Source: Podarcis liolepis (lineage: Eukaryota). Taken from it: a stretch of DNA of 64,000 nt. The DNA lies in the NCBI GenBank assembly GCA_965112155.1, contig OZ218098.1; one strand, 5' to 3'. This document shows, piece after piece, positions 37,554 to 48,639 of the stretch; the first letter of the stretch is position 1, and every line of letters begins with the position of its first letter. Position numbers and translations under genes: made by a program. The notes beneath the pieces are model-generated. The model searched no databases. It was not told where the DNA came from and worked only from the letters and a program-made list of their open reading frames with translations.

Positions 37554-37914
37554 GCTAAAGGGAACTCTTTTGTGCTCCTTCCAAATCACTAAATATCACT
37601 GAGGTTGTCTGGAAACTTCTGAGGTAATTTAAGAAACAAAATTAAATAGGCATTTCAGTATTTTACAACCAAAACAGTATGGAGCTGTAGAAGAGTACTG
37701 AAACTTCACCTCAGAAAGGTGGTAAGAAATCAGAGATTTCCCCCTGCCCCTAATTTTCAAAATAAGACTGAGGTGCATTCATAATTGTATCAACAAATAA
37801 AATTTGCATGTTATTTAATTCAGCTAATATTATTTTCATGTTAAAATAAACCTTCCCTCAACCCCATTCTTTTGTGAGTATAGAGGTTACCTCAGAATAA
37901 TTACATGAGAATGC

Positions 37915-38710
37915 TAATGTTTGTTTGTTTGTTTTACTAAATTTGTACACTGCCCTTCATCCAAAAATCACAGGGCTGTTCAAAACATAAAAATAGAAAT
38001 GAGAACACAAAATACACAAGCCAAGCAATAAGCCCCTTCCCACAAGCACATGTAAAAGGCCATAGATTTTTTAATCAGCCTAAGGCCTGGTTGAAGAGGA
38101 ACATGTCCACCTGGTGCCTTAAGATATGTAATAAAAGCAAGCCTCTCTAGGGAGAGCACTCCACAAACTGGGAGTCACTGCAAAAAAGGCCCATTTTGGT
38201 GTTGCCACCCTCAGGACCTCTCACGGAGGAGACACATGAAGAAGGGCCTCAAATGATTATCACAAGGTCTAGGTCGGTTTACATGAGGAGAGGTGGTTCT
38301 TGAGGTATTGCAGTCCTGAGCTGTTTTAAGGCTTTATTGGTCAAAATTAGCACTTTGAATTGGGCCTGAAAACCGATTTGCAGCCAGTGCAGTCAAGCCA
38401 GGATTGGTATTATATGTTCAAACCGTCTTGCCTCAGTGAACAACCTGACTGCCAAATTTTGCACCACCTGAAGTTTCCAAACCATCTTCAGAGGCAGCCT
38501 CACATATGGCACATTGCACTCATCTAACCTAGAGGGTTACTAGAGCATAGAAGACAGAAGTTAGGCTGTCCCTGTCCTGATAGGGGCGTAGGTAGGCCAT
38601 CAGCCAAAGCTAATAGGAGGCACTCTGTGTCACCAAAGGCCACCAGAGTGTCAAGCAACAGCAATAAATCCCAAAGTACTCCCAAGCTATGCACCCACTT
38701 TTTCAGAATG
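37915..38710 (-). mobile_element. Older L2 LINE 3' fragment
   Basis: (TTTG)n tail then reversed L2-like body (…GCACTTTGAATTGGGCCTGAAA…GCAGCCAGTGCAG…ATCTAACCTAGAGG). Confidence 0.7.
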
Positions 38711-39356
38711 GCAGAGGAAGATTTAGGGGAGCGTGATAGGTTTGGTCACATTGAGCACGTCAGGGGTGCCACACAGGATTCTACAACTATTATTTAAAAT
38801 GGAGGGCGAGAGGCAGGGGCGCTGGATTTTGGTGTCACTAAAATTTGAGACCCCAAGTTCCAGGAGGAACTGAGAGGAAGTATAACCCCATCAAGAGCAG
38901 GTAACCTCCCATCCATTGGGATGGGGCTGTTTCAGCAGTTGGACAATCAAGATCCCTGTTTGTTAACACAACAGAGCCTCAGGGCTTCCATTTAGTTATA
39001 ATAGCCAATAGTTGTGTCTATTGTTACAGTCACAGACATATTCTCACTGAATTTATCTAATCCCCTTTTCTCTTAAAAGGAACTGAGAAAAGTTAGCATT
39101 CCTTGATGGTGTTGTCTCAGTTATCATTGCAATGTCAACCTGTTGAACGGCATGTGTCCTTGTTGACACAAGCCTATAATCAGATATGTTGTAATGACAG
39201 AGAAGACTGATTGATGACTATACATTTTTTCTACAAAAATGGTCACAATGAACATCAAGCGTTTTGCATGTGTACAAATAAGCACCACATGTATTTTGCT
39301 TTGCTAAAATGTCTATTCAACATGCACAAAACTTCCTCCTGCCCCAAATAAGTGGT

Positions 39357-39999
39357 TGTGGTTCGAGGACCCGATCCCCGCAGAGTGGAATGAAAACACA
39401 AGGGCACGTGATATAAGGTTAATGGGCAAGAAAAGGCCTCAACTTTATTGATTACAACAAGTGAAAAGGTATTGGCTTAGGCATTAGATTACGTCAGCTG
39501 ACTCCACCCCCTCAGAGAGGGGTGAGTCTAAAACAGGGGGGTTTATTCACCAGTAGATGGAGCCTGTTGATGCTAATCCAACTATAAGCTCTCCCCTGAT
39601 GTCACCGAGGTCGTGCCATGGCCTCCTGCCAAGCAGGCATCGGACGGAATACACGACCGCCAGATTCCTTTAACGGAATAGCCAAAAACTGAAGGCGCAG
39701 GCGATGGCCACACCTAGCCCTTTGACACACCACAACACATTATTCCAATGCCTAACCTACCCACCAATACCACAAAAGTTGTGACGATTGCTACGAGGTA
39801 GGCGAAAAAACCCAAAAGCCTAATGACAAATGGAAAAATTCCTACCAGGCCCCCCGGACAACCAGGGCGACCAACCTATACACACCCCCTCGCAGGCACC
39901 TGGTTGGGTGCCTGCCCGTGGGCATGGGCACCAGCCAGGTGAGTGGGAGGCAGGGGGCTAACGCTCCCTGCTTGAGGCGGAGTCCGGCTCCCGACCACA
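39357..39999 (-). mobile_element. LTR-like element (~640 bp) preceded by a polypurine tract
   Basis: TGTGGT…ACCACA termini; AATAAA on minus near 39445; TATA near 39880; AAGAGAGGGGAG just upstream on minus; CpG-rich; no TSD found. Confidence 0.6.
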
Positions 40000-40334
40000 A
40001 CCACTCCCCTCTCTTGCAGGAGGAGAGTCTTTCCCAAACTCCACCCACGCCCATGTAACACTTGAAAATTGCTGAGGGTCTTGGCAGACCATGTCATGAT
40101 TTTTATGCCTGTTGTAGCAATTGCATTGTGCTGTGCTGGGTGCTGTATGGCTTTTAATTGTATTCCATGGAATTCAAATTGTAATACAATAAATGCAATA
40201 AAAGTAGCAATAAAAATACAATTTGAAATCAATATGCCTATTTAATGTGACAAATCCAAAGACACACCTGAATGAAGTTTGTGCACCACAGGTTGGGAAC
40301 CATTCATTCTGTCATTATTATTCCATCATGTATA

Positions 40335-40570
40335 CAGTCATACCTCATGTTACGTTTGCTTCATGTTACATTTTTTCAGGTTGCGTCCTGCGGCGACCCG
40401 GAAGTACCAGAAAGGGTTACTTTCAGGTTTCACCAATCACACTTCGCACATGCGCACAAGCGCCAGAACGCACCACACACCTGCACAGATACAGCGCTTC
40501 AGGTTGCAGGCTTTTCATGTTGCAAACGGGCCTCCAGAATGGATCCCGTTCGCAACCAGAGGTGCCACTG
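40335..40570. mobile_element. Tc1/mariner MITE (family of 27700-27900)
   Basis: TA-CAGTCATACCTC…GAGGTGCCACTG-TA. Confidence 0.85.
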
Positions 40571-41514
40571 TACAGCAGATCATAGAAATGCTTCTTCTGG
40601 AATGCCTTGGGATAATTTACAATTCCCATTTTCTTTCTCTGGTCTAGTAATTCCATTTGGACACGATGATGTGGATCCAAATTTTTAAGTTTCTTTGTAT
40701 TTTCTCAGTGATACAAGTTAAAAATATACATTAGGCTACAGTTCTAAACAGACTTCCTAGAGCGTTAGCCCCATTGAAGGCAGAAAGCATACAGAGGACT
40801 GCCCTGTTAATCACCCAGAGTTGTAAAATCCCGAGGAATAAAGGCTGCTTGTAACTGAAATATCTGTAATTCAGAATATTCTCATTTACACTTCTCTGCA
40901 TGCCAGTTCTCTGAAGAGCCTCAACCAGCTCTCAGGTAGGAATTTAGCAGGCAAAGCCTTTCCCACTATTTATCACAATGTCAGGAAAAAAGTTTCATTG
41001 CTATACTGATGCATGGCAGGCTGCTACTAAAAGCACAGCCTCAAGCCAGCAAAAAAGTTGGCAACCTTAACAGCTCCTCACATTCTGAAGCATTTATGAG
41101 GAGACGGGATGTCCCGTGCCAAGACACCACAAACACGATCTGTATTCGATGGGGCGAAAGGTGTTTTCTGTATACCTTGCCCAACCATTCTACCCAACAA
41201 TTGGTTAGGGGCAGGGTTTATATTATCCAGACATTCCAAAGTATGAAATTACCCTGAGAGAGACACCTAGCTATATTTGCCCTCAGGCCTACTGGTTTTC
41301 CAGACTGCTGCAGTTGCTTAATCCACACTGGGAGCCTGTGTCATTCTGACCTGAATTTGACTCCTGTGAGGAGGTGAGAAGAGCCATGTAAAATCTGCAT
41401 TGTTGGGGGAGGGGCATAAACCCACCAGCCTCAGGAGGGCATCCCCCCCCCCCAGTCTACTTTTCTCACTTCATTTTCTGAGATTCTGCCATATGTACCT
41501 CATTGGTAAATTAC

Positions 41515-41862
41515 TCCCAGTATACCTGAAAGAGCGTCTCCACCCCCACCATTCAGCCCAGACACTGAGATCCAGCGCTGAGGGCCTTCTCCTGGTTCCC
41601 TCACTGCGAGAAGTGAGGTTACAGGGAACCAGGCAGAGGGCCTTCTCGGTAGTGGCACCCGCCCTGTGGAACACTCTCCCATCAGTTGTCAAGGAAATAA
41701 ACAACTATCTGACTTTTAGAAGACAGCTGAAGGCAACCCTGTTTAGGGAGGTTTTTAATGTGTGATGTTTTATTGTGTTTTTAATATTCTGTTGGGAGCT
41801 GCCCAGAGTGGCTGGGGAAACCCAGCCAGATGAGCAGGGTATAAATAATAAATTGATGATGA
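41515..41862 (+). mobile_element. L2 LINE 3' end
   Basis: PVYLKERL…TLRSS..GLLLVP…TRQRAFSVVAPALWNTLP…FRRQLKATLF (L2 ORF2 C-terminus) followed by 3'UTR. Confidence 0.88.
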
Positions 41863-41937
41863 TGGTGTTGTACCTGAACTTAGTGAGGTTGCTTTTTGTG
41901 ATCTACAGGGTCCCATCACCTTTTGCTGTTGGTTTAA

Positions 41938-41939
<2 letters not shown>

Positions 41940-41987
<48 letters not shown>
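41940..41987. repeat. (CT)n(CA)n microsatellite
   Basis: Directly visible. Confidence 0.95.
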
Positions 41988-42399
41988 CTTTGCAAAGTAG
42001 TCCTAAATTAGAAAATAAACCTTGGCAGAGTGTTTGCAGCAGGTCCAAGTCCAGCATCACTGATCCTATCTAGAAATAACTGGTGAGGAGAGTTGGCACT
42101 GCACATCCAGCATCCCTGTGTGCAACTAGCCATCCCAGAGGAGGAGGAGCAAGGCGGCAGAGAGGTTGGTGCTGTGTGGTCACATTGGCAAGCGTGCCAG
42201 ATTGGCTCTGCCAGTGTGCCTGCACAGCACTAAACTCCACAGCCCATTGCTTTTATTTTTATAAACAACTTAAGATATTTATTTATTTACAATCAAGTGT
42301 TATATTGTTTTTGTTAAATTAAAAAAAAAACAGTGGCAGTGACTCTGCTGTGGTGAGGCCTGTTTCAGGGCACTGTTTCTCCTCACCAGTTGGTCCTGG

Positions 42400-42698
42400 C
42401 TGGGGTGAAGGATGGGGTATGTGGTAGTTGCGGGCCTCCCCGGGTGTCAACACTGAGGGGGGTGACAAAATGCTGGGCAGCACTCACTGCTGGGCCTGCA
42501 GTGCACCCGAGCCACGCATCTCTCCTGGGAGAAACGCTGTGGCTTCAGCGCACGCAGACTCCACGCTACCCAAACAGTCTGCCCACTGTCTCCCCCTGTA
42601 GGACAGCTGAGTGGGAGGAGGAAGGCAGACTCTGGAGGCGGCACGCCCTGCCTCTGGGTGCACTGCCCCATGCGCCCGAGCGGCTTCCCCCACTGCTG
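42400..42698. mobile_element. GC-rich hAT-type MITE
   Basis: Perfect 8-bp TSD GGTCCTGG (42392-42399, 42699-42706); homologous to 23588-23944. Confidence 0.8.
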
Positions 42699-43225
42699 GG
42701 TCCTGGCCCTACTTAGCCCTGACTTGGGGCCAGACACTGCCCTCCTTAAATGGTGCCCCAGTAGAAGCATGCAACAGGGAGCCAAGGTTCAGCCCAGCTC
42801 CTTGATAAATGTAAACAGAATTAAAGGTCTCAAAGCTGTCTTATACATTGTGGGAGTAGAAAAGGGTGCACGTTAACTATTTAAGATGTGTTTGCTTTCA
42901 CAGTCACATCAGAAGCAGCATGAGAACTCTCTCTACCAATAACTAAGACTGTGTTTGCATGGTGCCTGATAGAGACATTTCCATCCCTATTACCAATTGT
43001 TTAATTTTCTTTATAAAAATATATATTCAACAAACCTTGGTAGGTTACAGCTGCCACATATTTCTATGAAGCAGGAAACACTTTGAGGTTGTTTCTTTTT
43101 TTACAAGCAAGTGGTGTATAAATTGTATGAACTAAATAAAATAAATGCTCATTCCATATTTGTAAGAAAACAATCTTTTAGTGTGGCAGCACCCATCCTT
43201 TTGGGGGGGAACCCACCATTATTGA

Positions 43226-43320
43226 TGTTATAAAAAAATTAAGGTCTTTTATATATTTGTATGTGTTTGCTTGTATATTTTACATATTTGTATGTGTTTG
43301 CTTGGTACATTTATAAACAT

Positions 43321-43370
<50 letters not shown>

Positions 43371-44035
43371 ATGTTTATAAATGTACCAAGCAAACACATA
43401 CAAATATGTAAACCACATGTCTGAAACCCACAGAAATGTCCTGAAACCATTTTCTCTGTCCCAAAATGACCTCAAATATTTCTCTGCAAGGTCAAAGGAA
43501 ATGGGAAATCTCCCCATTCTCTCTTTCACAAATCCTGTCTTAAGGGCACATTTAAGATATGAATAGGGTGTGAGCCTGTGACCTGGAATCAGGAATTGAG
43601 TAGTTATAACAAGAGTGGCCAGGATGCCCAGGTAATCCAATCAGGTAACCTGGCAGACAGGAAGAAACAACACACCCAGATTTCCGCCCCTTCTCTGATG
43701 TATTAAGGGGGTGGTCTTGGGTCACACCCCTTCTGTGATGTATGCATGATGTTTCTGGGGGTTGTCTTGGACTCCAGGGCAGGCAATTTAAAATGTCTAT
43801 GTAAGGGCTTGTGCGCATGGCTCGGGGTCCCTCCCCCCCCTCCTGTGTGTGAGAGAGAGGAGCACCCTGTTGCAACAGCTTTAATAAAGATCAGGCTTAC
43901 CAGCTGCTTTGCTTCTCAATATTCTCTGGTTGTTCTCTGTTATTTTCCCCTACCAATAGAGAACCTACAAAAGGACTCAATATGGGCTCTTGGGTACCCC
44001 ATAAGGGGAAAGGAGCAGTTTTTTTTCTCATAACA
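43226..44035 (+). mobile_element. Solo LTR (810 bp, ERV-like)
   Basis: TGTTAT…ATAACA termini, 4-bp TSD TTGA (43222-43225, 44036-44039), AATAAA at ~43883. Confidence 0.85.
43279..43412. repeat. 134-bp perfect AT-rich palindrome centred on (TA)n
   Basis: Arms TTTACATATTTGTATGTGTTTGCTTGGTACATTTATAAACATCT / AGATGTTTATAAATGTACCAAGCAAACACATACAAATATGTAAA, no spacer. Confidence 0.92.
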
Positions 44036-45926
44036 TTGACATCTGTCAGGTGCCTTCACTGCATTTTTTTTAGTACCTACTCAAAACCTTTTGTTTAGGC
44101 AAGACTTACCCAGATAATGTAGAATGTCGACATATGTTTTTATCTGTTTTTAGCTTATCACTGATTTTATTTTTATTTTTTAATGTTCTAAATAGCTGTT
44201 TTTATTGGCAACTATTGTTTTATTCTTTTTGTAAAACTGATTTAAGGGTGTTGTTTTTTTACAATCAAGTGGCATAAATTTTTAATGAAATAAATTATAC
44301 ACACACACGGACAAGATTAATAGAAAAGATTAATAGTGGTGGACAACTGTCTTTGCCATTAATGATCTTTTCGTTGAGGAATTCCTTGTAAGCTTCTGAG
44401 GAAATCATTTAAGTAAACAAAAGAATGTGGTGCCACAGTATGATAAATTCTTAGGTTGTTACTTACGTTAATTGTGGTGTAAATATTGCGTGCACCTTTC
44501 CTTTGTGAAAGAGTATTCATGACTCACATCATGTTGTTGAAACAGTTAGTCTTTCTCCCCCATACTGACCTCAAACAAAACCCATTTTGTGTTTTTGCAG
44601 CAAAATCCAGCTGTAGACTGCATTGATTGACTCAAACCTATGACATGTTTACTGCACCCAGAGGTTTTTCAACTTGATACAGATATATTGTTCTCCAAAC
44701 AAAAATTAAATGAAAGGGACAAATTGTACAAAAATCGAACAACCCTGAACTAGTGCTCAGAAGTAAACTCCACTGAGCTCAATGGGACTTCCTCCCAGGT
44801 TGCTGCATATAGGAGATTGATGTAATCCTATACTTCTACTGATAAGTAAATCCTGTTGAGTTTAATGGGGCTTCCAACCCACATAGGCGGTCTGCAGGAT
44901 TGCAACCTATGTTAATAAATGGACATGTGGCATGTTAATTACAAGTACATCTCTCAGACACATTGTGAAAGTAGAGTAAGCTGGGGTTACCCCAGAGGAA
45001 GAATAAATATGTAGTTAGCCTTGTTTGTAAGGTACATTGGTATGTACTGCTGTGCTGTTCATCAATTACTGTTGGCTGTGTTACTGACCCTTAATGAAAA
45101 GCTGTATTATTACAAGGCGAAAAATCAAGTTTAAAACATAGCTTCCTTGCTGTGTAGATTTAAAGCAGATTAGTGGAAAGGTTTGGCCAAGTTGTTCTAA
45201 CCTCAATATTTCTTTCCTCATTTTATGAAGGATTCTTTATAGTAAGAAAAAAAATTGGTTCAACTTTAATCCAATTATAGCCATTGGCTTCTGGTGGCTT
45301 TCTAATGTATCCCCCCCCCTTAAACCCACTGTCAGAGTTTGGCAAGGGCATTTGTTTGCTTCCATGGCATCTTGAACCATTTCTAAACCTCATGGAGCCA
45401 AAGAAAGCTGTCAAATGCCCCAACAAAATTGAGTTTTACTGCCTGACACTTCTCAGTACTTAATGCTCAGTGAAATCATGGACACTGTATTCTAATAAGT
45501 ATTTGGAGTTAGCAGCATTGTGAATTTGGGAGGCAGGGAGGGACTTTGATGGCTGCTGTGGATTCTTACTCTTCTTACTATTCCCTGGGTTGTTTTTCAA
45601 GTGTTCTTCTTCATATTGCTACAGCTGCTGGCCAACCATTCCTTGTAACTCCACTCAGGGGATGCTCCTGCCACTGGGAGTGAGGTGTTCATCCAACACA
45701 GTGATAAAGATGGGTCTTCTGTTGGTTGGAACTCTGTTTTCCAATGAGATGCTTATAAAGGCCAACACTTCTCCAGGTGGGTGGGTGGGTGTATACAGAA
45801 GAGAGAGATCAAGGGAGGGGAAAATGGGCAGTTTGGAAGGCAGAGACTGTACACTATCAAAAGTTGAAGCACTTTGGGAGGTCATGCTGCCTCCAGAAAT
45901 GTTCATGACTTGGGGGAGTGAGCATA

Positions 45927-46165
45927 CAGTGGTACCTTGGGTTACATACGCTTCAGGTTACATTCTCTTCAGGTTACAGACTCCGCTAACCCAGAAATAG
46001 TGCTTCACGTTAAGAACTTTGCTTCAGGATGAGAACAGAAAAAGTGCTCCGGCGGCGCGGCAGCATGGGAGGTCCCATTAGCTAAAGTGGTGCTTCAGGT
46101 TAAGAAGTTTCAGGTTGAGAACGGACCTCTGGAACGAATTAAGTACTTAACCTGAGGTACCACTG
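45927..46165. mobile_element. Tc1/mariner MITE (family of 321-546)
   Basis: TA-CAGTGGTACCT…AGGTACCACTG-TA. Confidence 0.9.
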
Positions 46166-46197
46166 TATAAGAGTATTTCGTAAGCAACCTTTTAAAG

Positions 46198-46611
46198 CAT
46201 GGGTCAGCAAACTAAGGCCCACAGGCCAGATCAGGCCCAATTGCCTTCTCGATCTGACGCGGGAATCGCCGTGTGGATCACCAGCGCATGCGTTCTTTCC
46301 CTCTCCCTCCCTCTCACTCACACGGCGGCACATCCTCCCTCCCTCCTCCTGGCTTCTCCCCGCCCCGCCGAGAAGAGGAAGGGGGCTGGGCTTTGTTTGT
46401 GCCAGAGCTGCTGCCATTTTAAGCAGCCCCTCTCTGGAGCCCTTTCACATGCCGCTCATTGTCCTGCCGCTCGCAAGACACAGATAAGCAGCCACCGGGG
46501 CTCGTGGTGCTCTTGCATCATTTCCCCCCCCCAAAAAAATATAGTCCAGCCCCCCAAAATGTCTGAGGGACAGCAGACCGGTCCCCTGCTGAAAAAGTTT
46601 GCTGACCCCTG
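46198..46611. mobile_element. hAT-Charlie-type MITE
   Basis: TIR CA(T/G)GGGTCAGCAAACT; perfect 8-bp TSD TTTTAAAG (46190-46197, 46612-46619). Confidence 0.9.
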
Positions 46612-46925
46612 TTTTAAAGAGTACTGTGAGCCACTACAGAAGTAGAAACATCAAAAACAAGTAACAGCTGTGCAGCCCAAACCTGCCTAAATTGAAGCCA
46701 TTTCTTTTGACTGCATGGGACTAGGGCTACTTGGTGGTGGTGGAGGGGAGAACATTATATGTAACAAAACATGTCTCTCCTGCATCGGTCTCTACAGCCA
46801 CAACAGGCACTGTAACCTTCCAACAGCTTGACTTCACTCCCAAATGCTTACTCCTCCATTGTCTCCTGAGACAAGACACCTGCCGACCAGCTGCTTTGTC
46901 TTCAGCAGTTAAACCTCATGTGTGC

Positions 46926-47709
46926 TGTCAGGGGTACAGGGACAGAGGCACAGGGAAGGCAGGAAATGGAGAGCGATGGAGAGGAATCCCAGGAGAGCGA
47001 GGAAGAGGATAGCAATGACGCAGGGGATTCCATGAGTCTCTCCAGCGAATCAGAGGATTCCCAGAACGGGGCGCCTGTGGTAAGGGCAAGGGGAGCCCCA
47101 GGGGGAAAGTGTCAGGAGCGGGGGGCCAGCAGGGGACCCCAAAGCGGCAGCTGGGAATCATGGCCAGCCTCCCCACCAGAGCGCAGCGAGGGAGGGGGAG
47201 GTTCCAGTGTGTCAGAGGGAGCAGCTCCGGCGACAGAGAAAGGGGAGGGATCAGAGCAAGCCGTTCTCCCGGAAGGGGAGGAAGGCAGTGAGGGGAGTAG
47301 CATAACTGTCAAAAGGAAGGTCAGAGGTTGGGGGCGCGCGCCAAGTTCAAATGAGGAGGCGCGCGGAAGAACAGGGAGCCCGGAGGAGGAGGAGCCAGGT
47401 CCCAAAGCCCGCAGGAGGGGGCAGGAGCAGTCTGGAGACTCCGCTTCAGGAGAAAGGAGGGGGGGAACCCCGGCGGGCAGAAAGACCCTGCGGAAAAGGA
47501 AAGAGAGAAAAAGGTGGAGCAGCGTTAGCTTATTAAACTGGTGTAGGTGAGGGACCGATTCAGAGGGGACTTCTAATGTCTAAGCTTAAGAGACGCGGGG
47601 CTGTGCGCCTCGGTTGTGGAACCAATAATGAACTGCAATAAACATCCTTGTATATAAGAAGAACTTGGCGTTGGTCTTTTGTGAGCTGAGACCTGAGGCA
47701 GCCCTGACA
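46926..47709 (+). mobile_element. Solo LTR (784 bp, Gypsy-like) containing a 194-aa ORF
   Basis: TGTCAGGG…CCCTGACA termini, 5-bp TSD TGTGC (46921-46925, 47710-47714), AATAAA 47637-47642; ATG 46966 to TGA 47550. Confidence 0.88.
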
Positions 47710-48639
47710 TGTGCCTTCACCCCAGTCACAAAAGAATTATCTCTATTTTCAGGGCTGAAATTAGTCTCTAGAGGAGCCAAGGCCAAGCAAACCATTCCTT
47801 ATTATGGCTACAATAATAGGGAGTTTTCACAAGGACATAGAATAGATTGGAAATATGGATTATTAAGGACTTTGTATAAGCCAGGGTGGCAATAGGTTTG
47901 ATTTCGAGGTCTTTGCAGTTTTCAGGCTAAAAATTTTCCATAGCTGGTACCAGATTCTGAGGAATATGCCAGTCACCATGAACATTTTTTAATGACCTGC
48001 TACAGCTCTATGGGATCTTTCCATTTCCTGTTCAGATGTCCCCATTTCCAGAGTGTTGATGAAAGCCAGTAGGGCAAAGGGAACCATAATTTACTTTTTG
48101 TGACACCACAGCAACTTAACGAGGCTATACAGAGGTTGTGCATGGAGGTTGTGATCTGGCTAAACTTGTGAATTTGCTCTCTTCCGTCTTACCCGCCCCC
48201 TATCATAATTCTAGCACCAATGCATCCCCATCCAAAGGAAACCTGAGCAGCAGAGGTTTAGCTTTTAACCAGCCTACTTGTAACACCTTTCAAACTCTCT
48301 TCTCCTGAAAGAGGCCCATTTCTGACAAATCCTTTGCATAGCTCTTGCCTTGCAATGAATGGGATGTATTGCTAGAGCTACATTAGATACTAGCCGATAT
48401 TTACATACCACCTATTCTGCCAACACACCCAAGGGGGTCAACAATTTCAAACTACTAAAACAAATAATAGTATATGAAATATAAATGTGGTCCTGGAGAT
48501 GCATGTATGTGTTTAGTGGACTGTCCAACTGGAGCAGGCCCTGATGTTGATGTTGGTTCTGAAGTCGCAAGAGTAAACCCAAACAGGAAGTACTTAAATG
48601 TTATACGGTGAAAACACACGATCCATCTAGGTAAAAAGT

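Noticed and set aside
45590-46000. 136-aa and 83-aa overlapping ORFs
   Set aside because: No recognisable domain or consistent splice signals; one runs into a MITE
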